Shown here: positions 9,861-19,239 of the stretch, one piece after another
How the letters are laid out: each line of letters begins with the position of its first letter
Position numbering within the stretch: position 1 is the first letter of the stretch
NCBI GenBank assembly: GCA_964430885.1
Contig: CAYSHM010000002.1
Location: 1 to 44,908 of the forward strand
From: an uncultured archaeon
GTDB lineage: Archaea > Thermoplasmatota > Penumbrarchaeia > JASLWR01
Length of the DNA stretch: 44,908 bases
Direction of reading: 5' to 3'
Notes under the pieces: generated by a model
Told to the model about the DNA's origin: nothing
Database searches by the model: none
What the model saw: only the letters and a program-made list of their open reading frames with translations
Made by a program: the position numbers and the translations under genes

Positions 9861-10520
9861 GTGTTTTATCAGATGTGTCAATTCATCGCAGGGCCTTTTG
9901 TGAAGGTATTGTTCCAGCTGGACACTGAAGGCCTGGAGAATATTCCCGATGATGGTCCAGCAATACTGGCTTCAAATCATACTTCATCCCTTGATCACTA
10001 TCTTCTGCCTGCGGTTGTGAAACGTCAGATCACCTTCATTGCCAAAAAGGAATTGTTCGAGAACAAGGTTCTAGGTTTTCTCCTCAAGAAGTGGGGCCAG
10101 ATACCCATCAATAGAGGGGCCGGGGATAACTCGGCCATCGATAGCGCTTTGGCAATATTGAAAAAAGGGGAACTTTTCGGCATATATCCAGAAGGTACCC
10201 GAACCCGAGACGGAAAGCTTCATAAGGGCCATATAGGAGTAGCCCGCATTGCTGTGGAGTCCGGTGCGCCAGTTATTCCTGTTGCAATGATCGGTCTATA
10301 TGATATACTTCCTAGGGGCAAGGTACTTCCGAAATTTCAGAAAGCAAGGATCAAGATAGGAAAACCGATGGATTTTTCCAAATATGATACTGAAACTACT
10401 GACCGAGCTACCTTTGAAAAGATGACCGATCAGATCATGCAGGAAATTGGTAAATTGGCAGGTCAGAAGGTAGAGGGTGAGGTATACAGGTATCAGGAGA
10501 TCTTAAACCAAGATGAATGA
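9861..10520 (+). CDS. plsC: 1-acyl-sn-glycerol-3-phosphate acyltransferase family protein (PlsC/LPLAT)
   Basis: NHTSSLD (NHx4D catalytic motif), FIAKKELF, IPINR, YPEGTR, VIPV blocks. Confidence 0.88.
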   Translation: MFYQMCQFIAGPFVKVLFQLDTEGLENIPDDGPAILASNHTSSLDHYLLPAVVKRQITFIAKKELFENKVLGFLLKKWGQIPINRGAGDNSAIDSALAILKKGELFGIYPEGTRTRDGKLHKGHIGVARIAVESGAPVIPVAMIGLYDILPRGKVLPKFQKARIKIGKPMDFSKYDTETTDRATFEKMTDQIMQEIGKLAGQKVEGEVYRYQEILNQDE

Positions 10521-10619
10521 TATATTCCATTACTTTTCATTTTTACATACCCCTCTCTCTAGATAAAAATATTATATATACTTCAATAGTTACTAATCCT
10601 CTATATTATTTTATTTCAT

Positions 10620-12773
10620 GTGCTAATGGTGATGCGGATGGTTGTTTGGAACGAAGAGGAAAAGAAGGAAATGTGGAGACGTTTCTTCAGCGATAGTGAG
10701 AAATACGGACCACTGGTAAGGGAAATGGCGGATAATTATCCTGAAACTTCAAGTGTATATGTGGATTTTTCGGAATTGGCTGATTTCAGTAATGAATTTG
10801 CAGATTATATAATCAATGACCCTATGGAATCCTTGAAGTATGGAAATGAATGCATCAAGGACCTGATGTATGCAGATAGGATAGTACCTCTTGAAATACA
10901 TCTCAAAAATATACCAGAAGCACATACTAGAATTGGAATTCGATCTATAAGAGCATCTCATCTGAACAAACTCATAAGTCTTGAAGGTTTAATTAGACAG
11001 GTTACAGAAGTTAGACCTAAACTGATTAAGGGTGTTTTCAGGTGCCAGAGATGTAAGGTTCTGCACGAGATTGAGCAGAAGGGTGTTAAGCTCAGCGAAC
11101 CGCAGACCTGTGAAAAGGAGAGGGGAGGTTGTGGGAGAGCCAAATCATCTACAAATTTCATTTTGATCCAGAAGGCATCTGAGTTCATAGACACCCAAAA
11201 GATCGAATTGCAGGAAGCCCCCGAAGGTCTGCCAGGAGGTGTACCCCCAGAAAGGATAGCTGTCGAGGTTGAGGGGGATCTGACCGATATGGTCTACCCG
11301 GGTGATAGGGCCACTTTCCATGGTGTTCTGAGTTCAAGAGCACTCAAGGGCGGTAATGGCCTTGTATATAGTAAGTATCTGAAGTGTTTGGGTATTGAAC
11401 GTGAAAAGGGCGAATTCGAGGAGATCAATATTTCTCCGGAGGATGAGGAGTTGATAATGAGCCTAGCCCGAAGCGAGAATCTGCTGAATAGAATATCGCA
11501 ATCGATATCTCCGAGAATAAAGGGTATGGAAGTTGAGAAATTGGCTCTTGCCCTTCAATTATTCGGAGGGGTTCGGAAAAAAACGGGTACTACTTACCGA
11601 AGGGGTGATATCCACATACTTTTCATAGGTGATCCTGGAACGGGTAAGTCTCAGCTATTGACCTATATTTCCAAAATGACCCCCCGGGGTGTATTCACAA
11701 CAGGAAAATCCGCAACGGCAGCAGGCCTGACCGCTGCTGCGGTCCCGGATGAACATGAGACTGGTCGCTGGAACTTGGAGGCTGGAGCATTGGTGCTGGC
11801 CGATAATGGAGTGGCATGCATTGATGAGATCGATAAGATGAACAAACAGGATCAAACTGCTATTCACGAGGCCATGGAACAGCAGAGGGTATCGGTCACA
11901 AAAGCGGGAATTCATGCAGTCCTTCAATCTCGTTGTTCAGTGCTTGGTGCTGCCAATCCCAAATGGGGCAGGTTCCGGGGTGATTCCATGTCTCTCATGG
12001 ATGAGGTCACCATCGGTCCTACCATTCTTGATCGATTCGATCTTATTTTTACCATACGCGACCTTCCCGATTTAGCGAAGGATTCAGGTTTGGCGGAACA
12101 TGTCCTTCAAACTCACAGATCGGGAGAAATAAGGCGATACCGTGAGAAGGTTCCGCATGGCAAATATGGAGTTGGCGATACCGACGAGGAAAAGAATTTA
12201 GACGGGACCATCCTAGATGCAGAGACACTTAAGAAATATATTGCTTATGCAAAGAAAAGCGTTTTTCCCATACTGACCCGTGAGGCCATGGATTTAATAA
12301 AGAATTATTATGTAGAATTAAGGGCTAAAAGCAGAGATGTGGTCACTTCCACTCCTCGCCAGCTTGAGGGATTGATCAGATTGGCCGAGGCCTGCGCCAA
12401 AGCCCACCTGTCAGCGAATGTCACCACTGAACATGCTAAGGTGGCCCGGGATATCGTTGACTATTATCTGAAAAAGGAATTGAGTTCAGATTTCGGAGTA
12501 CCCGATATCGACATGATATCCACTACCGTATCACATTCCCAAAGATTGACCATAGATATGCTTATAAGAACAATGACTGAATTGGAGAACGAGAATGAGG
12601 ATTATGTGAAAGGCGGGATACCCCGTACCATAATTATTGACCGATGCGAGGGATTGAACATTCGGAAGGAGGATGTTCTTATATTGCTGAAAAAGCTAAA
12701 GGAAAGGGGCGAGCTCTATTCTCCCGGAAGGATGGACGGGGTTGAGAGGCTCAAGCTTGTTGGATCCAAATAA
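10620..12773 (+). CDS. mcm: Replicative DNA helicase MCM
   Basis: C4 Zn finger, Walker A GDPGTGKS, AAGLTAA, LEAGALVLAD, Walker B IDEIDKM, HEAMEQQ, AANPKWGR, TPRQLE, C-terminal wHTH. The real start is probably 10632 or 10638 (GGTGA at 10628). Confidence 0.97.
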   Translation: MLMVMRMVVWNEEEKKEMWRRFFSDSEKYGPLVREMADNYPETSSVYVDFSELADFSNEFADYIINDPMESLKYGNECIKDLMYADRIVPLEIHLKNIPEAHTRIGIRSIRASHLNKLISLEGLIRQVTEVRPKLIKGVFRCQRCKVLHEIEQKGVKLSEPQTCEKERGGCGRAKSSTNFILIQKASEFIDTQKIELQEAPEGLPGGVPPERIAVEVEGDLTDMVYPGDRATFHGVLSSRALKGGNGLVYSKYLKCLGIEREKGEFEEINISPEDEELIMSLARSENLLNRISQSISPRIKGMEVEKLALALQLFGGVRKKTGTTYRRGDIHILFIGDPGTGKSQLLTYISKMTPRGVFTTGKSATAAGLTAAAVPDEHETGRWNLEAGALVLADNGVACIDEIDKMNKQDQTAIHEAMEQQRVSVTKAGIHAVLQSRCSVLGAANPKWGRFRGDSMSLMDEVTIGPTILDRFDLIFTIRDLPDLAKDSGLAEHVLQTHRSGEIRRYREKVPHGKYGVGDTDEEKNLDGTILDAETLKKYIAYAKKSVFPILTREAMDLIKNYYVELRAKSRDVVTSTPRQLEGLIRLAEACAKAHLSANVTTEHAKVARDIVDYYLKKELSSDFGVPDIDMISTTVSHSQRLTIDMLIRTMTELENENEDYVKGGIPRTIIIDRCEGLNIRKEDVLILLKKLKERGELYSPGRMDGVERLKLVGSK

Positions 12774-12793
12774 TATGAAACGCGAGGAATAGA

Positions 12794-13123
12794 ATGACTA
12801 GGACCGACGAAAATGACGATAGATTCTGCTATAAGGTTCAGGATTACGGCAACAAGATAATTGCCGGATGCTGTGATAGCAGTATATTGGGACAAACATT
12901 TAGAGAGGGCGATTTATGTATCACAGTTGATAAAAATTTCTATTTTCATTCCTATGGGGGGGATAGAAGGCTTCTAGAAGTGTTTGGTCAGGCCGACATA
13001 TTGAATCTTGTAGGAAATGAGGTCGTGGATCTAGCGATAAAAGGTGGATATATAGACCCCGAATGTGTCATTGTAATAGAGGGAGTAAAACACGCTCAAA
13101 TGATGATATTTACACATGAATGA
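12794..13123 (+). CDS. DUF424 family protein
   Basis: IIAGCCDSSILGQTF, ILNLVG, AIKGGYID and IEGVKHAQ match the archaeal DUF424 pattern. Confidence 0.85.
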   Translation: MTRTDENDDRFCYKVQDYGNKIIAGCCDSSILGQTFREGDLCITVDKNFYFHSYGGDRRLLEVFGQADILNLVGNEVVDLAIKGGYIDPECVIVIEGVKHAQMMIFTHE

Positions 13124-13137
13124 TTTTTTGAATTTTC

Positions 13138-14217
13138 TTATTGGAGTTTATTTCCACAAGCTGGACATGCCACCCAACCGGGTTGTACATCACTTCCGCA
13201 ATTCACACAATTATTTTGGACCTTGGTTCCGCACGCGGGGCACGCGACCCATCCCGATTGTATTGATGAGCCGCATTTATGGCAAGCCGCCGTTCCTTCA
13301 CTTTGTTCGCTGCCCCCGGTAGTTCCTATCTCTGATCTCTGAACAACGCTGTCCTCGATTACTGTGGTTGATGAGCCGCTAGAACTTCCCCCACTCCCAC
13401 CACCTCCAACACCAATATTAGATCGCTGAAGAACGCTGTCCTTTATGGTCGTATTGATATTCTGTTCATTACCGATACGGCCTATGTTTACACTACCGCC
13501 GGAGCTTGCAGCATCCCTCATAGCATCTGCAACCGCCAGTTTTGTTTTCTTCATTATATGTTCATCGGTGTAAGCAGAGACCTGGGATACTTCCTCAATA
13601 GCCTTTTTCACATTTGGAGGGGGATTGATATAGAGCTCGGAGATGTCACTCAGGCAAAGCCCCAATTTCTTAAAGGATTTTTTTCCGGCTTTCACAGTAA
13701 CATTCCCTATCTTATTAAGGTTCTGGGGTATCTGGCCTACACTCATTCCGGCTTTGCTTTTAAGATAACCCAATGATTGATTCAGAGCCATAACTATCTC
13801 ATCTCTAACGATATCCTCAATCATTTGAACATCAATTGAATCGTTATTCTCCGAAACCTCATCTACAAAGGCAATAGGGTCCGAGACGTTATATTTGAAT
13901 TCCCCGAAGGCTCTCAGATGAACCATATCGAACCGGGGGTCGTTGAAAACTAGCGGTTGTTTGGTTCCGAATTTTCCCTCAAATTGTTTTGTTGATACGA
14001 AAATCACATCACCGTCTGAAACCAATGGCCATTGTCCCGGTTGGGAATAGACCTTTTTCACCGCACCATAACTTATCAGAAGGGCCGTTTCCTTTCCGCT
14101 TACTATCACATTCTGCCCCGCCCTGCATGAACCTGGATATCTGAACATCAGAGTGTTGCCCTTTTTTTCCTTGGGCCATAGAACTGGCTGAACCTCTTTC
14201 TTCTTGAATAGACCCAT
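13138..14217 (-). CDS. SPFH/band-7 (YdjI-like) domain protein with C-terminal double zinc ribbon
   Basis: KFGTKQPL..DPRFDMVHLRAFGEF motif of YdjI-type SPFH domains; four CxxC pairs (CHKC, CPAC, CVNC, CPAC) at the C-terminus. Confidence 0.85.
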   Translation of the reverse strand: MGLFKKKEVQPVLWPKEKKGNTLMFRYPGSCRAGQNVIVSGKETALLISYGAVKKVYSQPGQWPLVSDGDVIFVSTKQFEGKFGTKQPLVFNDPRFDMVHLRAFGEFKYNVSDPIAFVDEVSENNDSIDVQMIEDIVRDEIVMALNQSLGYLKSKAGMSVGQIPQNLNKIGNVTVKAGKKSFKKLGLCLSDISELYINPPPNVKKAIEEVSQVSAYTDEHIMKKTKLAVADAMRDAASSGGSVNIGRIGNEQNINTTIKDSVLQRSNIGVGGGGSGGSSSGSSTTVIEDSVVQRSEIGTTGGSEQSEGTAACHKCGSSIQSGWVACPACGTKVQNNCVNCGSDVQPGWVACPACGNKLQ

Positions 14218-14474
14218 GTTATCATACTCCCCTAAGTGGAATTATTATTATTAATCATGATTAAATACTTAAATCTATTCGACAAGTTATATTGGTCAAA
14301 TTCAATTATCATAGGAATAGATAGGCTGAGGGTTGGGTTATATAGTGAATGCGGGGATTATGGGTGAACATAAAGATCACTAGCTTTTGTTCACAATAGA
14401 GCTTGACCGGGTGGACGAGATTAGCGAGCGATCAGAACAGTATTATTTGGATCTATGATAACAAATAACTGCGA

Positions 14475-15323
14475 ATGGTGATATTAGTGTCAGATGAAGA
14501 CAAAGGGCCCTTCAGCCATATAGAGGAATCAAATAAACGGATAAAGAATAAGATGGACCGGATAAAAAATACGATAGCCGTCATCAGCGGTAAAGGCGGA
14601 GTGGGTAAGACCACGGTTTCAGTCAATCTGGCATCCGCCCTGGCCGTCAAAGGATGCAATGTTGGTATACTAGATATTGATATTACTGGTCCCAATGTAC
14701 CTATGATGCTGGGTGTGGAAGGTGAGAAACTCAATGCCAAGGAAGAAGAAATAATGCCTGTAACCTTATCCAGTGGATTAAAGGTGGTATCCATGTCCTT
14801 TTTGCTTCAGGATCCGGATTCTCCGGTGATCTGGAGAGGCCCTATGAAGATGCAGGCCATAAGGCAGTTTTTGGGAGAGGTTAGCTGGGGCGACCTTGAT
14901 TATTTGATAATTGATCTTCCACCTGGAACTGGCGATGAAGCCCTTTCAATAGCACAGCTAATTCCCAAGGATACCTATTCCATAGTGGTAACAACCCCTC
15001 AGGATGTGGCCCTAATGGATTCCCGGAAAGCCATCAATTTTAGTAAAAAGGTAGGTATGAAGGTGCAGGGTATTGTTGAGAACATGAGCGGTTTGATATG
15101 TCCGCACTGCCAGGGGACGATAGATCTATTTAAAACAGGGGGCGGAGAGAGAGCTTCAAAGGATATGGATGTGCCCTTCCTTGGTAGTATACCCATAGGT
15201 CCAGAGGTGGTCCGTGCTGGAGATGAGGGGGAACCTTTGGTAGCTGGTCAGCGTGAGGGGAATGTGGCTGCAGCTTTTCATAAGATTGTGGAACGAGTCT
15301 TGAGAGAAATGAAAGATGTTTAG
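14475..15323 (+). CDS. mrp: Mrp/NBP35 (ApbC) Fe-S cluster carrier ATPase
   Basis: SGKGGVGKTT, DIDITGPNVP, VIWRGP, DLPPGTGD, VTTPQ, ENMS..CPHC. The start may be the GTG at 14487. Confidence 0.95.
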   Translation: MVILVSDEDKGPFSHIEESNKRIKNKMDRIKNTIAVISGKGGVGKTTVSVNLASALAVKGCNVGILDIDITGPNVPMMLGVEGEKLNAKEEEIMPVTLSSGLKVVSMSFLLQDPDSPVIWRGPMKMQAIRQFLGEVSWGDLDYLIIDLPPGTGDEALSIAQLIPKDTYSIVVTTPQDVALMDSRKAINFSKKVGMKVQGIVENMSGLICPHCQGTIDLFKTGGGERASKDMDVPFLGSIPIGPEVVRAGDEGEPLVAGQREGNVAAAFHKIVERVLREMKDV

Positions 15324-15412
15324 TATTATTTGGCCGGAACTTTGCATTGATATATTTTCAATTATTAGGACTACGTTATTGGCTAATTAATTGACCAAAT
15401 CTTCAGTTAAGT

Positions 15413-16192
15413 ATGATCGGTGATAATTTGGCTTTGATAGATGAAATCATGAATGATATGGAGGAAAGACCGATCGACCGTTTGGTTATAGGTGAAAAAT
15501 ACACCTGTGCCAAAGTAGGAGATATGATCGGTTTTGCTCACACTATGGGTGTTCTGTCCTTGAGTTCTTTGAAGGAATTTCAGAGCGAACTTATTGGAAA
15601 GAAAGTTTTGGAATTGGCACGCTCGGAGAATCTACTGGAAGCCACAGTAGGAACAGCTTCTGTCAATGCACATCTGTCGAGTATGCTGAAGGATGGAACT
15701 TATTGGGATTACCGATTCAAAAAAACCTTGGATTCTGAAACAAGTTCAAGCAGGAGTCCGAATGATATTAACATTTTTTACAGGATACTCAAGAAGGCTA
15801 AAAGTTCTAGGAAAGTGGGCGTGGTGGGGAATTTTCCTTTTATTCCTAAACTTCCTTCCAATAGATGTGTAGCTTTTGAAATGGAACCTGCGGATGGATT
15901 CCTACCACCGGAAATGGAAAAGGAGATCATACCCCTTTGTGATATGGTTGTAATTACTGGTACATCTTTCACAAATCATACAATGGATGAACTCCTGAAT
16001 ATTTCCAAAGGCTATACCCTGGTGGTAGGCCCCACCACCCCATTATCACGTCATATATTGAATAGGGGTGCGGATGTGATAGCTGGAGTAGTTTGCCGGG
16101 ATGATGGGGTGTTTGAGATTGTCAGAAACGGCGGAGGAACAAAAGATTTCATCAGGTTGACCCAAAGGGTGATAATAGAAGAAATTGGATAA
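15413..16192 (+). CDS. DUF364 / Rossmann-like domain protein
   Basis: EATVGTASVNA, KVGVVGNFP, CDMVVITGTSFTNHT, VGPTTPL. Confidence 0.85.
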   Translation: MIGDNLALIDEIMNDMEERPIDRLVIGEKYTCAKVGDMIGFAHTMGVLSLSSLKEFQSELIGKKVLELARSENLLEATVGTASVNAHLSSMLKDGTYWDYRFKKTLDSETSSSRSPNDINIFYRILKKAKSSRKVGVVGNFPFIPKLPSNRCVAFEMEPADGFLPPEMEKEIIPLCDMVVITGTSFTNHTMDELLNISKGYTLVVGPTTPLSRHILNRGADVIAGVVCRDDGVFEIVRNGGGTKDFIRLTQRVIIEEIG

Positions 16193-16290
16193 CTCCAGCA
16201 AAGGAGAGTTCCAAGAGTATTATTGACACCGATAATAAATCGTGATTATATCTAAATAGTATTAACCTATTGAACACTCTGGGTAGTACT

Positions 16291-17517
16291 ATGAAATTGA
16301 ATTTTTTAGGCGAAGCAACAGAAGTAGGGTCTCTGAGTTTATATATGGAGAACATGGGCAACAGATTGTTATTTGATTACGGTTTCACACCATCCTCTCC
16401 ACCGAAATTACCAGCGAGAGCCCCTCCTGTTGATCGGGCTTTTCTATCACATGCACATGTTGATCATGCAGGGATGTTCCCGCAATTATGTTCCAGAACT
16501 GGAACACCTGTTTTTTCGACCAAACCAACCCTTGATATCGCTCAGATGCTCTGGAGAGATTCATACAAGATAAACCGGATTGAGGGCTATCCTCAATTGT
16601 TTACCTACGGTGATATTCAGGATATTTCACGCTATTTCGATATTGTATCCTATGATCAGGTTAATGATCTAAATGGTTTGGAGATACATTATCATTCTGC
16701 AGGCCATATACCAGGTTCCTTTATGGTGGAACTGCAGGGAGAACGTAGAAGCCTTTTCACCGGGGATATGAATACCCGTGACTCACACCTAGTGAAGGGC
16801 GCTAAACCTGTGGAATGCGATAACTTGATAATGGAGGCAACCTATGCCGGCAGAGAGCATGAGCCCCGTAAGGAACAGGAAGCTGCATTTCTGGACAAGG
16901 TCAACGAAGTAGTTGAAAGAGGCGGAAAGGCTATAATACCTGCATTTGCAGTGGGCAGGACCCAAGAAGTGATGATGATCCTCAAGGACCAGGGATTGGA
17001 TGTTTGGGTTGACGGAATGGGAAAGGCTATAACTCAGATATTTCTTCAGCATGGAGAATATTTGAGATCAAAAAGGGATCTGGAAACCGCACTTCGAAAT
17101 GTATCACTGATCAAGAATCCTTCAGATAGGAAAAAGGCCATAAATGCTGAGGTAATAATAACTACCAGCGGTATGATGGAGGGAGGTCCGGTCTTGGGCT
17201 ATGTCCAGCAGATAAAGGATGATCCCCTCAATGCTATTTTATTAACTGGATATCAAGTGGAAGATACCAATGGAAGGTTGCTTCTGGACGAAGGCCGATT
17301 GAAGATTGCAGGTGTGGAACAGAATATTGGATGTGAGATAGGCTTCTTTGATTTTTCTGCACATTCCGGCCATAGTGAACTGGTTGAATTTATCCATGCA
17401 TGCGGCCCTGAAAATGTTATCCTTTTCCATAGTGACGACAGGGAATCATTGGCAAAAGAACTGGATGACCAATACAATTTTATTCTTTTAGATCATGGAG
17501 AAACTGTGGATATTTAA
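16291..17517 (+). CDS. Metallo-beta-lactamase fold beta-CASP ribonuclease (aCPSF-like, no KH domains)
   Basis: LGEATEVG, SHAHVDHAG, AGHIPGS, FTGD, MEATY, PAFAVGRTQE, TGYQVEDT, FSAHSG. Confidence 0.92.
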   Translation: MKLNFLGEATEVGSLSLYMENMGNRLLFDYGFTPSSPPKLPARAPPVDRAFLSHAHVDHAGMFPQLCSRTGTPVFSTKPTLDIAQMLWRDSYKINRIEGYPQLFTYGDIQDISRYFDIVSYDQVNDLNGLEIHYHSAGHIPGSFMVELQGERRSLFTGDMNTRDSHLVKGAKPVECDNLIMEATYAGREHEPRKEQEAAFLDKVNEVVERGGKAIIPAFAVGRTQEVMMILKDQGLDVWVDGMGKAITQIFLQHGEYLRSKRDLETALRNVSLIKNPSDRKKAINAEVIITTSGMMEGGPVLGYVQQIKDDPLNAILLTGYQVEDTNGRLLLDEGRLKIAGVEQNIGCEIGFFDFSAHSGHSELVEFIHACGPENVILFHSDDRESLAKELDDQYNFILLDHGETVDI

Positions 17518-17615
17518 ATGCTTGAGAATAATAATAACAATGACAATGAAACTCCTCTGAAAAGGGGTGATATTACTTAGTCTTAAAAATTTCTCATTTA
17601 TTACCTCTTTGGATT

Positions 17616-18371
17616 CTAATCTATCTCTCCTTCCTGACCGCAATGAGGGCATGTTATCAGAAGGGGACGTTCATCAGTATAGATTGGGATTGATCCTTTG
17701 CATTTAAAACAGATGACTTCTAGAGCCGCTTCTTCTTCCAACGGTTTACCCAAAACAACTATTTCCTCCGCTTCATCTTCCTCCTCCCATGAGGTATTAT
17801 CAGCAAGCGGTTCATAATCTTCACTGGCCCCAACAGGTATTTCCGGCATGTTCTTGTAGATGTCTGCGGAAACTTTTGGTTCAGGTTCGACATCGTGATC
17901 GACGGTATAGCCCTTGGAAAGGTTTTCATTCGCATTTTTGACATCAGAATGTACCTGCTCATTCTTCGCTACAGCATTTGAATGAATGTCCTCTTTAGGC
18001 CCGTAGTAGTTCTTTTCCCCTGTCTGCGCAGGTAATGCTAATCTTTTATCCTTGTCGTAAGGGTTCTGATAGGTTTTATCGAACTGCTGACTGCCATAGG
18101 GATTTTTATCCATTTGAGCCTTAGCTGCCGAGTATGGTGAAGAAGGATATCCTGGGTGACCGTATTGTGATTGATGGGCCAATGCCTGCTGCTGATAGAG
18201 CTGATATTGATAATATTGGATATACTGGATATATTGATAATATTTTTGGCTCATCATTAATTGCTGCTGGTAAGCCGATGCATAAAGTCCCAAGGCATCA
18301 CTTCTGCAATAAGCGCAGTAGCGATAATTATCCATTATCGGGCGGCTACAGCTAGGGCAGAGTATTATCAT
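17616..18371 (-). CDS. Zinc-ribbon protein with Tyr/Gln-rich low-complexity region and C-terminal CxxC..RP..CPxCG domain
   Basis: CPSC/CAYC at the N-terminus, YQQQ...YYQYIQYIQYYQYQLYQQQ tract, acidic linker, CFKC...ERP...CPHCG. Confidence 0.7.
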   Translation of the reverse strand: MIILCPSCSRPIMDNYRYCAYCRSDALGLYASAYQQQLMMSQKYYQYIQYIQYYQYQLYQQQALAHQSQYGHPGYPSSPYSAAKAQMDKNPYGSQQFDKTYQNPYDKDKRLALPAQTGEKNYYGPKEDIHSNAVAKNEQVHSDVKNANENLSKGYTVDHDVEPEPKVSADIYKNMPEIPVGASEDYEPLADNTSWEEEDEAEEIVVLGKPLEEEAALEVICFKCKGSIPIYTDERPLLITCPHCGQEGEID

Positions 18372-18405
18372 GAACTACTTTATCCAGATGTTAATATAAA
18401 TATTT

Positions 18406-19239
18406 TTAGGAAGATTTCTTATCTCCAATCTCCACCAATGTGTTCTTTGGACAGGCCGCCACTGATTCAGGAGCGGGAGTGCAGTTCACAAGATCGAATT
18501 CTGGGAAATTTCTTTCTTTGTTCCAAGTGACCGCATCTGTTTCACATGCTCTTACACATTTTCTGCAGTGAATGCAGGCAGTGTCGCATCTGTCCCTACC
18601 AGGAATTGGTTTCAGGGGTGAATAGTTACATGCCAGATATTGGGGCAGTTTTTTCGGTACCAGCTCGATCAATCCTTGGGGGCACTCGTCCACGCAGAGG
18701 CCGCATCCGATACACTTCTCCGGATCAACGATAGCCACGTTCTTTTCCTTATCAATGGAGATGGCATCCTGGGGGCAGACAGCAGCGCAATCACCTAGGC
18801 CCAAACAACCGAAAGGACATTCCTTGTATCCTCCTGCCACCTGAACTGCGGCCTTGCAGGTTTTTATCCCCTCGTAATCAATCAGTTTTGGAGAATCTCC
18901 TTGGCAATGGATTATTGCCATCTTCGACATTCCGCTAGTATCCAGAGATATACCGAGAACCTTTTCTATCTCGGTTATTGCCTCTTCATCCTGTAGCAGG
19001 GTCATGCAGGGTTTGTCCATGATGTAGTTTGCATCCTTGGCAACTTCCTGGGCATAGGCAAAGCATCCGGGTTTCCCGCATGCACCGCAGTTCATTCCCG
19101 GCAGATGTTCCGCTACACTGTTTGCCTTTGCTAGGGTTGCACTCTCCTTGGGAAGGATCTTGCTCATCACATAAATCGCTATGCCGCAAGCGATGCCAAC
19201 GCCGCTCAATATTCCGATCGACACTGGGTCCAGCAACAT
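18406..19239 (-). CDS. rnfB: Rnf complex subunit B (polyferredoxin)
   Basis: N-terminal TM, LPGMNCGACGKPGC, several CxxCxxCxxxCP motifs. The ATG at 19239 overlaps the rnfA stop (TAATG). Confidence 0.92.
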   Translation of the reverse strand: MLLDPVSIGILSGVGIACGIAIYVMSKILPKESATLAKANSVAEHLPGMNCGACGKPGCFAYAQEVAKDANYIMDKPCMTLLQDEEAITEIEKVLGISLDTSGMSKMAIIHCQGDSPKLIDYEGIKTCKAAVQVAGGYKECPFGCLGLGDCAAVCPQDAISIDKEKNVAIVDPEKCIGCGLCVDECPQGLIELVPKKLPQYLACNYSPLKPIPGRDRCDTACIHCRKCVRACETDAVTWNKERNFPEFDLVNCTPAPESVAACPKNTLVEIGDKKSS

